The notes below the pieces were generated by a model that saw nothing but the letters and a program-made list of their open reading frames with translations, did not search any database and was not told the DNA's origin. Of a stretch of 64,000 nucleotides of DNA, positions 38,303 to 50,306 are shown in pieces (the first letter of the stretch is position 1; each line of letters opens with the position of its first letter). Made by a program: the position numbers and the translations under genes. Origin of the DNA: Octopus sinensis (taxonomy: Eukaryota); assembly GCF_006345805.1 (NCBI RefSeq), contig NC_043002.1:65596001-65660000 (forward strand), given 5' to 3'.

Positions 38303-38734
38303 ACATACACATGCATATATACCATATTTTATGGCCTATAGGACGACACACCTATTCTACACAAAGATGGCTTCAAAAATCCCCGTGTCCAATACACTCA
38401 ATGTAGGCTCAAAACGGTAGGTATGTTTACAAAACGTGTGCTGCCATCTATTGGTGAACAATCACCTACGAATGTGGAGTCAATAAATTGCCTATAATTA
38501 CCGGTAATAACAAAGTTATACAGGTAAGTGGAGGAATTAAAACATTATTTTAGTGGTGATTTATTTTCCAAAGTATAGGCTAGGTTATGGCGCGGCCTAT
38601 GCACTTGTGCGTCTTATAAGCCATCAAATACGGTATATATATATACATACATACTTACATGTACATGTGTGTATATATATACGCATGTATGTATGCGTAT
38701 GTGTGCGTGCGTATGTGTGTATGCATGCATATGT

Positions 38735-38774
<40 letters not shown>

Positions 38775-39103
38775 ATATACATGTATATGCTTAAATATAT
38801 ATAGAGGGAGGGATTGATGGCTATACACATAAGATGGTTATGCATTTTATATATACATGAATACATAGGTATGATATATGCATTAACTTAAATGGAGATA
38901 TACAAGCCTGTGTCTCCATTCATATATAAATATATGCACAAAAACACATATATTTGCGTATGTATATATACACACTATAAATGTACATATACCTATACAC
39001 GTAAATATATAATCAGATGCATATAAAGAGAGTGAAGAGGGACGGAGAGAGAGAGACACTGACAGAGTGAGCCACAGAGAAGGAAAGAGACACATAGAAA
39101 GGC

Positions 39104-39211
<108 letters not shown>

Positions 39212-39904
39212 CTATGCCGGTATATTTATGCATTTGTTTATTACTGGCTGTCGATCTTGAAGCTTTCATTAAAATGATGTGTCTCTCTCTCTATTCTGTA
39301 TATTTTTTAACATGAATTTAATTTTATTACATTTTTGTAGCTGTACGTCATTTTATTAATCCAGTTTCTTTTTATTGTTTTCCAAAGTGATCTAAGGAAA
39401 AAATATATAATATAAATAATACTTACTGTGATATGAGGATGGACAAAATAGCAAACCGCGACAGAAGCAACCATAAGAAAGTAAAAAAAAAAAATTATTC
39501 AAGAATAAATGTTGTAAAACAACACAAACGTCGAGAGAAAAGAAAATTCGAAGTCAAAAGTGAAAGTAAAACTAAAAATATGCAAATGAATTGTTTGCTA
39601 AACAGAATAAAGTAAAAAGAGAAATATATAATAAGAAATAAGAGTGAATAGAAAAAGAAAGAGAACTGGGTGGAAGGTAGATCACCAGGTGAGGTGTGAA
39701 GTCAAAGAAAACGCTAGTAGAAAGTTGTATTTATAAGAAAGTGTCAGGAGGAATCGATAAAGTCTGCGATAAATAAATAAGTGAGTAAGTATTGATTAAG
39801 TAGTGCTGGAGATAAATTATTACCACCCGGCCAGAACAAAAGAAAGATAAATGTATACGTGTATGCATATATATATATATATATTATATATATATGAACA
39901 TGCA

Positions 39905-39974
<70 letters not shown>

Positions 39975-39987
39975 CATATTATATAAA

Positions 39988-40262
39988 GGGTAAAGACTCC
40001 CTTCGATTATGAATGAGCCTGGGATTGCACCCAGAAAGTTCCCTCCGGAGGCACAAGTCTAAGCAAGTTTGTCTATCGAAGACCAGCAGTCGCCCTTGCA
40101 TACCAGTCATTTCACCAAGCCACCGATGTTATACAAGGGAATGGCAACATATTTCTACAGCTGAGTGAACTGGCGCAACGTGAAATGAAGTGCCTTGCTC
40201 AAGAGCACAACACACAAACCCGTACGGGAATCGAACTCACAACCTCATGATTGTGACTCCGC
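39988..40262 (-). mobile_element. tRNA/CORE-like SINE
   Basis: Homologous to 23575-23912, with internal deletions. Confidence 0.82.
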
Positions 40263-40363
40263 CATGCAGTAGAACTGAACCCAGAAAGACGTGGTTGCAA
40301 ATCGAGCTTTTTAAGCCATATCAGTGCCTATTGATAGAAAAGTTCTTTTTAATTTTATTATTA

Positions 40364-41164
40364 ACTAGCATTATGACCCGTCGTTGCTGGGTCATAGTGC
40401 CAGTGCATGTATATATGTGTATATATATATGTGTACATATTACATGTACATATATATATATATACATCTACACATAAAGTACAAAATACAAAGTTATATC
40501 TTGATCTCGCTAGTGATAACAATACTCAAAATATATAACAGACTGGAATTGTAAGCCCGTCTCTTGCAATTTCGATCAATTGTATCTTGTCCTCCCTCTT
40601 GTATAGAAGTGTGGCTACAATACAGCCTACCTCAACTTCTGGTGGGGGGGGGGGCATTTTTAATTTTTATCCGGCACGTCCTACGTCCCAGATATAAAGG
40701 TAAAAATAAAATATTTCCACTTTGCAAGTTCGAGTCGAGTACTCCCTTGCACGCTCCATTGACTCGAACCTTGCTTCTATTAAGGCGAATTTACCGCCTC
40801 TGGTTAGATATCTTTCATAGTCGCACCAAGACACTTCTCGATGGTGCTTTTCTCCAGGTGTTCAAATCTTTTTTCTCTACATTATTATTTCTATTGTTAA
40901 AGTGAAAGTATGTGACATAAAATGGAGAAATGTTTTTGTTTCACTTTTAATACGTAATACTGAAATACTGAAGTGGAGAAGATATGATATTGCTATGGGC
41001 TCGCTCTAGGCAAGAAGTTGAACTTTTTTGCCCATGAAACTACATGGACCCTAAGTAAGGCATGTGTAAAATTTGAATGAAATTGGTTGTGTAGTTCTCA
41101 AGTTTTAGGGAAACACACACACAGACAGACAGACACACATTCTCAGTTTTATATTTAGAGAGAT
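40364..41164 (+). mobile_element. Helentron/DINE-1-like non-autonomous rolling-circle element
   Basis: The 5' end is ACTAGCATTATGACCCGTCGTTGCTGGGTCA with a TGACCC/GGGTCA hairpin. The 3' end is AAATTTGAATGAAATTGGTTGTGTAGTT..ACAGACAGACAGACA..TTTTATATTTAGAGAGAT. This is the typical architecture of the class. Confidence 0.65.
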
Positions 41165-41345
41165 TCAAGGCAGCGAAATACTTAGCAGTATTTCGTCTGT
41201 TTTTACGTCTTGAGTTCAAATTCCGCCGAGATTGACTTTGTCTTTCATCCTTTCGGGGTCAATAAATTAAGTAACAACTGCGTACTGAGGTCGATTTAGT
41301 CAACTGGTCCCCTCCCCCAAATTTTCAGGCCTTATACCTAGAGTA
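41165..41345 (+). mobile_element. tRNA-derived SINE
   Basis: Same family as 33948-34488. Confidence 0.8.
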
Positions 41346-43744
41346 GTAAAGAATTTTATTATTAATTCTATTATGATTTTGTTTTTTTTGTTTTTTCGGA
41401 AGCGATTCATCTGGTGTTTCACTTCTGAGCGTGAATATTTCCCTTTGCCAAACTCCATCCACATATAAACTGAAAACACCTTTTATCAAACGAGGTTAGT
41501 TACCAGCATTGCAGATGTATCCTGCATAATGTATTTCTTAGGAAATACTTCTCACATCAAAAACAAACGATCCGTTTTCACTTATAAGTACGACAATAGT
41601 TTATTAGATCTTTACAAGCCTTCCAATGCCATCAAAGAGTTAAGCAGCAGATATTTTTGCCATATACCGTGATTTCTGAAACCATCAGTGGACAGAAGTG
41701 TCAAGCGCCTATTTGTAATTAAGCTATTCTGTCACAAGATTTGTACGGGTGTTTAACTTCCGACAAGCACAGCTTTATTATACACTATAAGATGTCCGGT
41801 ACATCATCACAGTCCCTCCTTTCCGCTTACCTCTCGTCAGTAACTACCTTGTTATTTCGTAGGCATGCATATGTATGTGTACGTTTATGTGTGTGTGTGT
41901 ATGTGTGTGTTTGTATGTGGGCATGTGTGTGTGTGTGTTTTTAAGCATGAGAAGAAATCTTTTGTTGAAGATTCCTTTGTACAAATATCTCTTCAAAACC
42001 AACTTAAATTCAAAGTTTTCTCATCTCCGTTTTAAGTGGTTCAGTGCTGAATGCGTTTCTAAGAACGAACGGCGAATGAAAGAAAGTGGGAGAATTTACA
42101 ATCGGTCATTCCGACATTTTTTCTTTGCAACACTAAACGCAACACTGAAATTAAAAAGCGTTTGTCAGTCTTTACCATGTTCAGGAGGATTTTTCTTATA
42201 CACATAAATTATATATGTGCTCGTGTGATTGTATATATCTACGTATGTGTATATATTGTATATATCTACGTGTGTGTGTGTGTGACTGTGTAAAAGCGAA
42301 TTCCTCATATCAAGATCTATTTGATGGTGGCACATATAGCATGCATCTCAAAACATCTTATGGCGCGATCGCAAGACCGAGACCGGATTTATAGACACAT
42401 ACTACACCACCATTGCTGTTCAACAGAGGGAAGGCTTTCTTGGCTTGCTAGTGTTATCGAACTGCTCACTAGATCATATCAGATGTTATAATTTAGAGTC
42501 ATCCACATTCTAAAAGATAAGGCAGACCACTCAACAACATCGGCGCTAAGGGCAGGGGCACATAATATGTAATTAATGATCTACAAAAGTTAATGGAAGC
42601 CAGAGGAACTGAACGTGGATATGTATCACAAGAAATCTCTTGCGGCGCAAAGCAAAGTATCTCAAACCAAGTGTCGAAATACGCGATGTAGAGACACTGC
42701 AAGCCATTTTCACTGGTACAACTATTATATGCAAATAACTCGAGGTAAATGTAATTGAAAAACATAAGTAAAACTATTTTTGTACGAAAATTAAGCCAGC
42801 CCACAAAGTGCGCGCGTGTGTGTGTGCAAGACATATTGAGAGAGAGAGAGAGGGGGGAGAAAGAGAGAGAGAAGATTACATATAGTCCTTATTCTAGAGT
42901 GGTTGGTCCGTATTTCAAACAGCTATGCGAAGTAAGACAAAGCAAAGTAAGTGATTTGTTGAATGACATACAATTCTCAGAATAATTGTTGAACTCTGGA
43001 TCCCTATTCATATACTTTCTCTTTCAACCCCTTCTCTCTCTATCTCTATCTATCTCTCTTTCTCTCAAATCCAAAGGAAAACACTCAAAACAAGAGCTTT
43101 AAACCTTTCGGTCAATGTTTCTTATTTTCCTGTATTTCCCCATTTTACGAGTTCACCATCCCAGCTTCCTTCCAGCATAGAGATGAGAAAAAAGTAGTCT
43201 AACCGTTTGATACGAACTTATCTGAAAAACTCCTCCTGGCTATAAGCTACCAGCTTCTTGCTTTAAAATTATCTAAACTAAAATGTTACATTAATATTTC
43301 ATGTTAATTTATGAACTAAGCACCAGCTTAATAATGCCTATTATTTTCATTATTTCTTCATTATTTTCAAAACTAATCATAACAAAAACAGCGTATTTCA
43401 ACAAAACTATGGTAACAAAAGTATTTAACAAAAAAGATTCTGAAAGACCAACGTAATTTCGCAAAATTCGTGCCGTATAATAATAATAATTTTCGACCTA
43501 GAAACATTTATTAAAGCTTACTAATAACAGTTCTTTCAATAAATTCTTCATTTTCGTAATTGATTGAAACGAAAACGGTGTATTTCAACATGAATATATT
43601 AAGAGAGGGTTTCAGGTTTATTAAATATGTATATTTTGCACATTTTTGTAACGTCTAGCTTTATTGTAATTTATGAATTATCTTGTTGTAATTATCTCCC
43701 TTGCAATAACTGTCGCCAGGGTAACATGTAGCATTAAAATCATT

Positions 43745-43903
43745 AGGTGCCGGCGTGGCTATGTGGTAAGAAGCTTCCTTCCCAACCACATGGTTTCGGG
43801 TTCATCCCGACTGTGTGGCACTTCGAGCATGTCTTCTACTATAGCCTATAGTCAGCCAAAGCGTTCTGAGTGAATTTAGTCGACGGAAACAGAAAGAAGC
43901 CTG

Positions 43904-43960
<57 letters not shown>

Positions 43961-44361
43961 CGTGCGTGCGTGTGTGTGTGTATTTGTGTCTGTTTTTCCC
44001 CACCTCTTGAACAACCGATGTTAGTGTGTTTACGTTCCCGTAAATTCGCGGGTCGGAAAAAGTGACCGATATAGTATCAAGCGTAAAAATGTTTTAAAAA
44101 GTGCTGGGGTTGATTCATTCGACTAAAAATTCTTCGAGGCGGTGCTCCAGGATGGCCGCAGTCTAAGAACAGAAATAACTAAAAGATAAAATATAGAAGA
44201 CAAGGCGGTGTGGCTGTGCGGTAGAAGCTTTCTTCCCAACCACGTTTTTCCGAGTTCAGTCCCACTGCGGGGCGTCTTGCGCAAGTGTTTTCTACTATAG
44301 ACACGGGCCGACCAAAGCCTTGTGAGTTGACTTAGTTCAGGGAAACTGAAAAAAGCCCGTC
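43745..44361 (+). mobile_element. Full SINE (43745-44193) with an internal (GT)n, followed by a second SINE 5' part (44202-44361)
   Basis: Heads GGCGTGGCTATGTGGTAAGAAGCTT..GGTTCATCCC and GGTGTGGCTGTGCGGTAGAAGCTT..AGTTCAGTCCC. Confidence 0.85.
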
Positions 44362-44426
44362 AAAATTAGCATTCTTCATATTTACAGGATTGTAAAAACG
44401 GCGCCTATAAAAATCCATTCGCACCG

Positions 44427-44486
<60 letters not shown>

Positions 44487-44515
44487 TTGAAGGTTTGGAG
44501 ATGATGTACAGGTAT

Positions 44516-44830
44516 TATATATTAGAAAAAATGAGGTAATCAGATCGGATGGTTCATATTTATAGATATTTATTTATATATTACATTTTTTACATATATA
44601 TCTATCATATCATTCAGATCATATTATTCGGATTATTAGCGCTTTCTCCCAATCCAGTGGGGTTTTCAAATTTGATTTGAAAACCCCACTGGATTGGGAG
44701 AAAGCGCTAATAATCCGAATGATATGATCTGAATGATATGATAGATATATATGTAAAAAATGTAATATATAAATAAATATCTATAAATATGAACCATCCG
44801 ATCTGATTACCTCATTTTTTCTAATATATA
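44516..44830. repeat. Near-perfect 315-bp palindrome
   Basis: Arms 44516-44671 and 44675-44830 (156 bp each), a 3-nt loop TTG, and one mismatch (44625 T opposite 44721 G). Confidence 0.95.
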
Positions 44831-44871
44831 TATATATATATATATTCTTTTCTCTTTTATTTGTTTCGGTC

Positions 44872-45259
44872 ATTTGACAAGGCCTGAAATTTGGAGGTGG
44901 GGAGGAGATAGTCGATTACATCGGCCCCCGTGTTTCACTAGTACTTGTTTCATCGACCCCGAAAGAATGAAAGGCAAAGTCGACCTTGGCGGAATTTGAA
45001 CACAGAACGTAGCGACGGGCGAAATACCGCTAAGCATTCGTCCAGCGTGCTATCGATTCTTTCCTATTATAGGCACAAATTTGGGGTGGGGTCAGTCGAT
45101 TAGATCGACTCCGGTACGCTACTGGTACTTAATTTATCGACACTGAAAGGTTGAAAGACAAAGACGAACTCGGAGAATTTGAACTCAAAACGTAGCGACG
45201 AACAAAATACCGCTAAGCATTTCGTCTAACATGCTAACGATTCTGCCAGCTCGTTGCCT
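44872..45259 (-). mobile_element. Two tandem tRNA-derived SINEs
   Basis: Same family as 33948-34488. Confidence 0.8.
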
Positions 45260-45879
45260 AAATGGGAGAGCAATTTGATGAAGAAGTGAGGGGGAAATGT
45301 AAGGTCATGAAGAAAAAAGGGTTGGTGATCTGCTCGGTGGTAGGGCAGGAACGGTAGGGAGGCGGGTTATGGTGCTTTGTCAGATTTTTTTTTTTGCAAG
45401 TACAATGAGTTCAAATCCTGCCGAATATGAAGTTTTGCATTTTGTGAATGGTAAAAAGTGAGAATGAGAGTAAATGAGTGAATGAGAGAATGAGAGAATG
45501 AAAGATGAATAGGAAAGATACAAAGAAAGAAGGAATTCAGGAAGAGAGAAAAGTAAATAGAAATGCCAAGAGACGACGGAAGGAAGTAAGAATTGGGAAG
45601 CAAAAAAAAAAGAAGGAAAGAAAAAGAAAGAAGCAAATGAAAATAAAGATGTATAAATATAAACGAAGATGTCTGGAAGGAAGGAAATGAAAATAAAGAA
45701 ATAAAGAAAGAAGTAAGAAACGATAATTACTGGGAAGGGGAAAGGGAAGTGAAAAAGAAAGAAACGAAGAAATATCTAAGGGGTGGGGGTAGAAAAGGAA
45801 AAGAAATAAATTAAAAAGTATGAGAAATAAATAAAAAAAACACAGGATTGAATTTAGAAGTGATAGAAGATAGACAGAC

Positions 45880-45965
<86 letters not shown>

Positions 45966-46233
45966 GGAGAGAGAAATAGACAAATAGATACATATGTACA
46001 TGCATACATACATACATACATACATACATACATAGACAGGTAGATAGGTAGGTACATAGGTATATGGACAGATACATACATAAGTATGTAGGTAGGTAGG
46101 TACATACGTGCATACAGATAGATACATACGTGCATACATACATAGACAGGTAGATAGGTAGGTACATAGGTAGATAGATAGATACATACATACATACATA
46201 CATACATACATACATGCATACATACATAGATAA

Positions 46234-46598
46234 GTTTCTTTATTGGCCACACAGGGCTGCACACAGATGGGACAAGTTACAAGGTAGAGCTTTTCTTTTG
46301 GGGGATGAAAAAGACAAAAAACAAAAGAAAAAAAAAGGGGTGGCGTAGGTTTTCGATCAAGAGGGATCGTAAAAGGGAAGAAAAGAACAAAAAAAAATAA
46401 ATAAAATAAAAAATAAAAAGAATAAAAAGAAAAAAAAGAAAAGGAAAAGGAACAAAAGAAAAGAGAAATGAAAAAAGAAGAAAAAAGGGGGAAAAACGAT
46501 CAATAGGGATCGTGTATCACTGTTATGATATATGGTGTAAAGGGGAAAGCAAGTAAGGTGTATCCGTGGGAAGAAAAGCCTACGAAAAAGACCACTAC
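46234..46598 (-). mobile_element. Tx1 3' UTR insertion 1 of the (GATA)n stack
   Basis: Conserved terminus GTTTCTTTATTGGCCACACAGGGCTGCACACAG on the plus strand, with (GATA)n/(CATA)n flanks. Confidence 0.85.
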
Positions 46599-46697
<99 letters not shown>

Positions 46698-46706
46698 GAT
46701 AGATAT

Positions 46707-47110
46707 GTTTTTTATTAGCCAACAGGGCTGCACACAGATAGAACAAATTACAAGGTAGAGCTTTTCTTTTGAAGGTTTAAAAAAAAAAAAGGAAGGGGGA
46801 GTTTCGATCAAAAGGGATCGTAAAAGGAGAGAAAGAGGACAAAAAAAGGGGGGTTAAAAAAAAAAAAAGGGGGAGAGGAAAGAAAAAAAAATTGATCAAT
46901 AGGGATCGTTATCACAGAAATGTCATATGAAGTGTAAAGGGGAGGACAGGTGAGGTTTACCCGTGGAAAGAAAAGCTACGGAAAAGACCACGGTAACCTC
47001 GGTCAATGGAGTCACATGTTAACCGAGGTTACCGTGGTCTTTTCCGTAGGCTTTTCTTTCCACGGGTAAACCTCACCGGTCCTCCCCTTTACACTTCATA
47101 TTGACATTTC

Positions 47111-47111
<1 letters not shown>
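46707..47111 (-). mobile_element. Tx1 3' UTR insertion 2 with a 5' inverted duplication
   Basis: 46707-47003 is near-identical to 50307-50622. 47022-47111 is an inverted copy of 46916-47003. Confidence 0.85.
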
Positions 47112-47183
<72 letters not shown>

Positions 47184-47184
47184 T

Positions 47185-47368
47185 GTTTCTTTATTAGCCA
47201 CACAGGGCGCACACAGATAGAACAAATTACAAGGTCGAGCTTTTCTTTTGAAGGTATTAAAAAAAAAAAAAAAAAAAAAAAGGAAGGGGAGGTTCGATCA
47301 AAAGGGATCGTAAAAGGAGAGAAAGAGGACAAAAATAAGGGGGGTTAAAAAAAAAAAAAAAAAAAAAA
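47185..47368 (-). mobile_element. Tx1 3' UTR insertion 3
   Basis: Same terminus, with (GATA)n on both sides. Confidence 0.85.
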
Positions 47369-47424
47369 GATAGATAGATAGATAGATAAGTATGTAGGTA
47401 GGTAGGTAGATAGACAGATAGATA

Positions 47425-49819
47425 ACTTTCTTTATTGGCCACACAGGGAGAATGAAAAAGAAGAGGAAAAAAGGGAATAAATGTAAAATTCCGATCAAAA
47501 GCAATCGGGAAAAAAAGTGATCAAAAGGAATCGTGTATCACAGAAAGAAATTTTTAAAAAGTAAGAAACAAGATTAGGTTTATCCGTGGAATGAAAAGCC
47601 TACGGAAAAGACCACAGTAACTTCAGGCAGAGAGGAAATAAACACGAGAGCAAAGTGCTCTCTCTCTCTCTCTCTTTCCCTCTCTCCCTCACTCTCTCAC
47701 TCTCACTCTCTCTCTTTACGATTTACTGGATCATGCTCAAAGTGGTTTCGTCGCTCGCACGCACCATCTTTGCTACATTCATCCACCTTTTTTGTGAAGC
47801 TTTCACGAGACAAAACCTGCCTCTGCATTCTCACCTTCCTTTCCATTCTTTCACCATGGCCACCAGGACGATGAAGACTGCCTTCCCTTCCGGGTTGAGG
47901 GAAGGTGGCGGAGCAATTTTCGTGATAGACTCATCTGACTGGCGGACTCGTCTCATGCGTGACAGCAGCCGTTCGGCACAAGCCCACAAGTCCGAAATGG
48001 TTGGACACTGCACGAGTGAGTGCAGAACGGTTTCGTCGCCCTGACCGCATCCCGGGCGAGTCGGTCCGGTGTGTCTCGAACCGTGCCTGTAGAGCTTATC
48101 CCGAACAGGTAATGCTTCCCGATAGCACTGCCAGCAAGGGATCTTTGGTGATTGTCGAAAGTTGTCCTGAACAGGCGGGTCAGGTGTTCCTTGTCGACGT
48201 CCAGATTCTGCCCGAGAACGTCGTCGCACCTCCTCTCCACTAATTCTCTATAGAACGCCTTTGTTGTAATGAAGTCGCACAAGTTTGGACCCGGACAGCA
48301 GAGTTGTTTGGGAGCAACGTGACACTCGCGGTGCCATTCGCCTAGCCTCGGTCTCTGTTTTATCCACGACTGTAGTTCGGCCAAGGAGACAAGCTGCGGG
48401 AAAGCGCGTCGCACAAAAAGCGACCACACCTGTTCACCGTCGTCTATGAAGCCCCGGAGATGTCGCAGTCTCAGTGCATGTCTGCGCATCATCAACCACG
48501 GCATGCCTAGCTGTCCATTTAGCGGGTGTTGATCGCCTAACAATCTAAACGCTTCCCTTCCACAGGAAGCGGAAGAGTGTGCGTTCCAGTTTGGTGATGG
48601 TAGGGTCGGAACAAAGCACGACGGTCAGACGGTATTCGATGACGGATGCGATGTACACGTTCGCCACCTCCGCCCGACCTTTTAGGGATAGCTTCCTCTC
48701 GGCTCATTGCTGGATGAGAGTGGCCATCCTAGTTGTTATTTCGCTCCAGGTCTTCTCCATTTGGAGGACTGGACCGAACCAGACTCCGAGCAATTTAACC
48801 AGTCCGTCGGTCCACTGCCCCACGATGGAGACACTGTTGGACAGCATGAGCTAGCTTCTCCAGGTGCCGAGCAGCAGTTTCGATTTCTTGGCCAATCCAG
48901 TTTTGTTGATCCACGACAACGATTTCCAAAATATGGATTTCATCCTCGACGTCATAGCAAATGGCAGACACGAGCTATTTTATTTCTATTTCAGGAGGCA
49001 TATTCTTTATTTTAATTTCTGTGACACTACGACCAAGGTATGTAGCGATCATCAATAAATTTTCAAATTGGAAGGACTTTGTGTAGAGGTCCTTGGCTCT
49101 TTCTTCACTGTCGAATTAAACTTCGATCGTGGCAAATCTGTTTCCCTTCGTGATGTAGTCTTTAAAGGCCCATATAAGCCTTAAACATTTTTCAATATTT
49201 TCTTGAGTGGCCTTTTCGTATAGCCTTGTTTTAGATTGAGTGTCCTGTAAATAATTAGGGTTTTTTTTTTCGATTTTTCCCGTGATGTTTTATGGTGTCT
49301 GTAGTTGTATGCTGTGGTCGTCTTTTTTTAACATTGCTTTACAGGTGAACAGTTCTTCTTTAGAAAAGCACATGACCCTTTTCTTTAACTTTAAAGCTGC
49401 GACAAAATTATTTTCAGTATTCGTGTTGGTTGTGGTAGTGATGGCGGTTGTGGTGGTGGCAGTGGTGGAGCCAGTGGTTATAGTAGCAGAGGCATTCGTG
49501 CCTTCTAAGGCCTATGTGCGTTCAAAGGAACGCCTTTGCTTTCAGCTTCCTTCGCCCGTAGCATTGGTAGAGGCGGGCAGTCGGCCTCATGGCTTCGCTT
49601 AGCCATATTTGTTTTAAAATATGGCAAGGAAATCGAAGAAAATAGAAATGTAAATAGGTTTGAAACTGCTCCTAGGGGGTCAATTCCTCCCATGAAAACA
49701 AACTCGAACGAATGCTGGGTGCTTTACGCACCTCGTGTGCAAACATTGAAGCAAAATGTATGCAATAAAAGGTCGAAAAAAGGGGTTACCTGCGGAGCCG
49801 ATGCGACATCAAGTCAGTC
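47425..49819 (-). mobile_element. Internally deleted Tx1 element (insertion 4): 5' UTR and ORF1 N-part fused to the ORF2 C-part and 3' UTR
   Basis: 49300-48880 reads TLIIYRTLNLK / YITKGNRFATIEV*FDSEERAK..LLMIATYLGRSVTEIKIKNMPPEI (ORF1/RRM-like, inference). 48875-47720 is homologous to 51950-50690 (LGTWR, WFGPD, GMPWLMMRRHALRLRHL, CYREALPVRDKLYRHG). (GATA)n lies at both ends. Confidence 0.8.
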
Positions 49820-49856
49820 GATAGATAGACAGATAGATAGATAGATAGATAGATAT

Positions 49857-49926
49857 GTTTCTTTATTAGCCACACAGGGCTGCACACAGATAGAACAAAT
49901 TACAAGGTAGAGCTTTTCTTTTGAAG
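49857..49926 (-). mobile_element. Tx1 3' tip insertion 5 (70 bp)
   Basis: Same terminus, with (GATA)n on both sides. Confidence 0.85.
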
Positions 49927-50005
<79 letters not shown>

Positions 50006-50012
50006 GTAGATA

Positions 50013-50144
50013 ACTTTCTTTATTAGCCACACAGGGCCGAACACCGAAGGGACAAAATACAATGTAGAGTTTTTCTTTTCGACAAAAAAAAAAATAGAAA
50101 AGTAAGGAGGAAAAAATTCCTATCAAAAAGGATCGTGTATCACA
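50013..50144 (-). mobile_element. Tx1 3' tip insertion 6
   Basis: Variant terminus ACTTTCTTTATTAGCCACACAGGGCCGAACACC, with (GATA)n on both sides. Confidence 0.8.
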
Positions 50145-50173
50145 TAGATAGATAGATAGATAGATAGATAGAG

Positions 50174-50213
<40 letters not shown>

Positions 50214-50247
50214 GGATGGATGGATGGATAGATAGATAGATAGATAG

Positions 50248-50280
<33 letters not shown>

Positions 50281-50306
50281 GATAGATAGATAAGATAGAT
50301 AGATAT

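Noticed and set aside
42300-43000. Unique, moderately GC-rich stretch as a coding exon
   Set aside because: The ORFs are short with no recognisable motif or convincing splice pair. The same holds for 28190-28320, 29040-29230 and 54050-54700. They may be regulatory, but the sequence alone gives no support.
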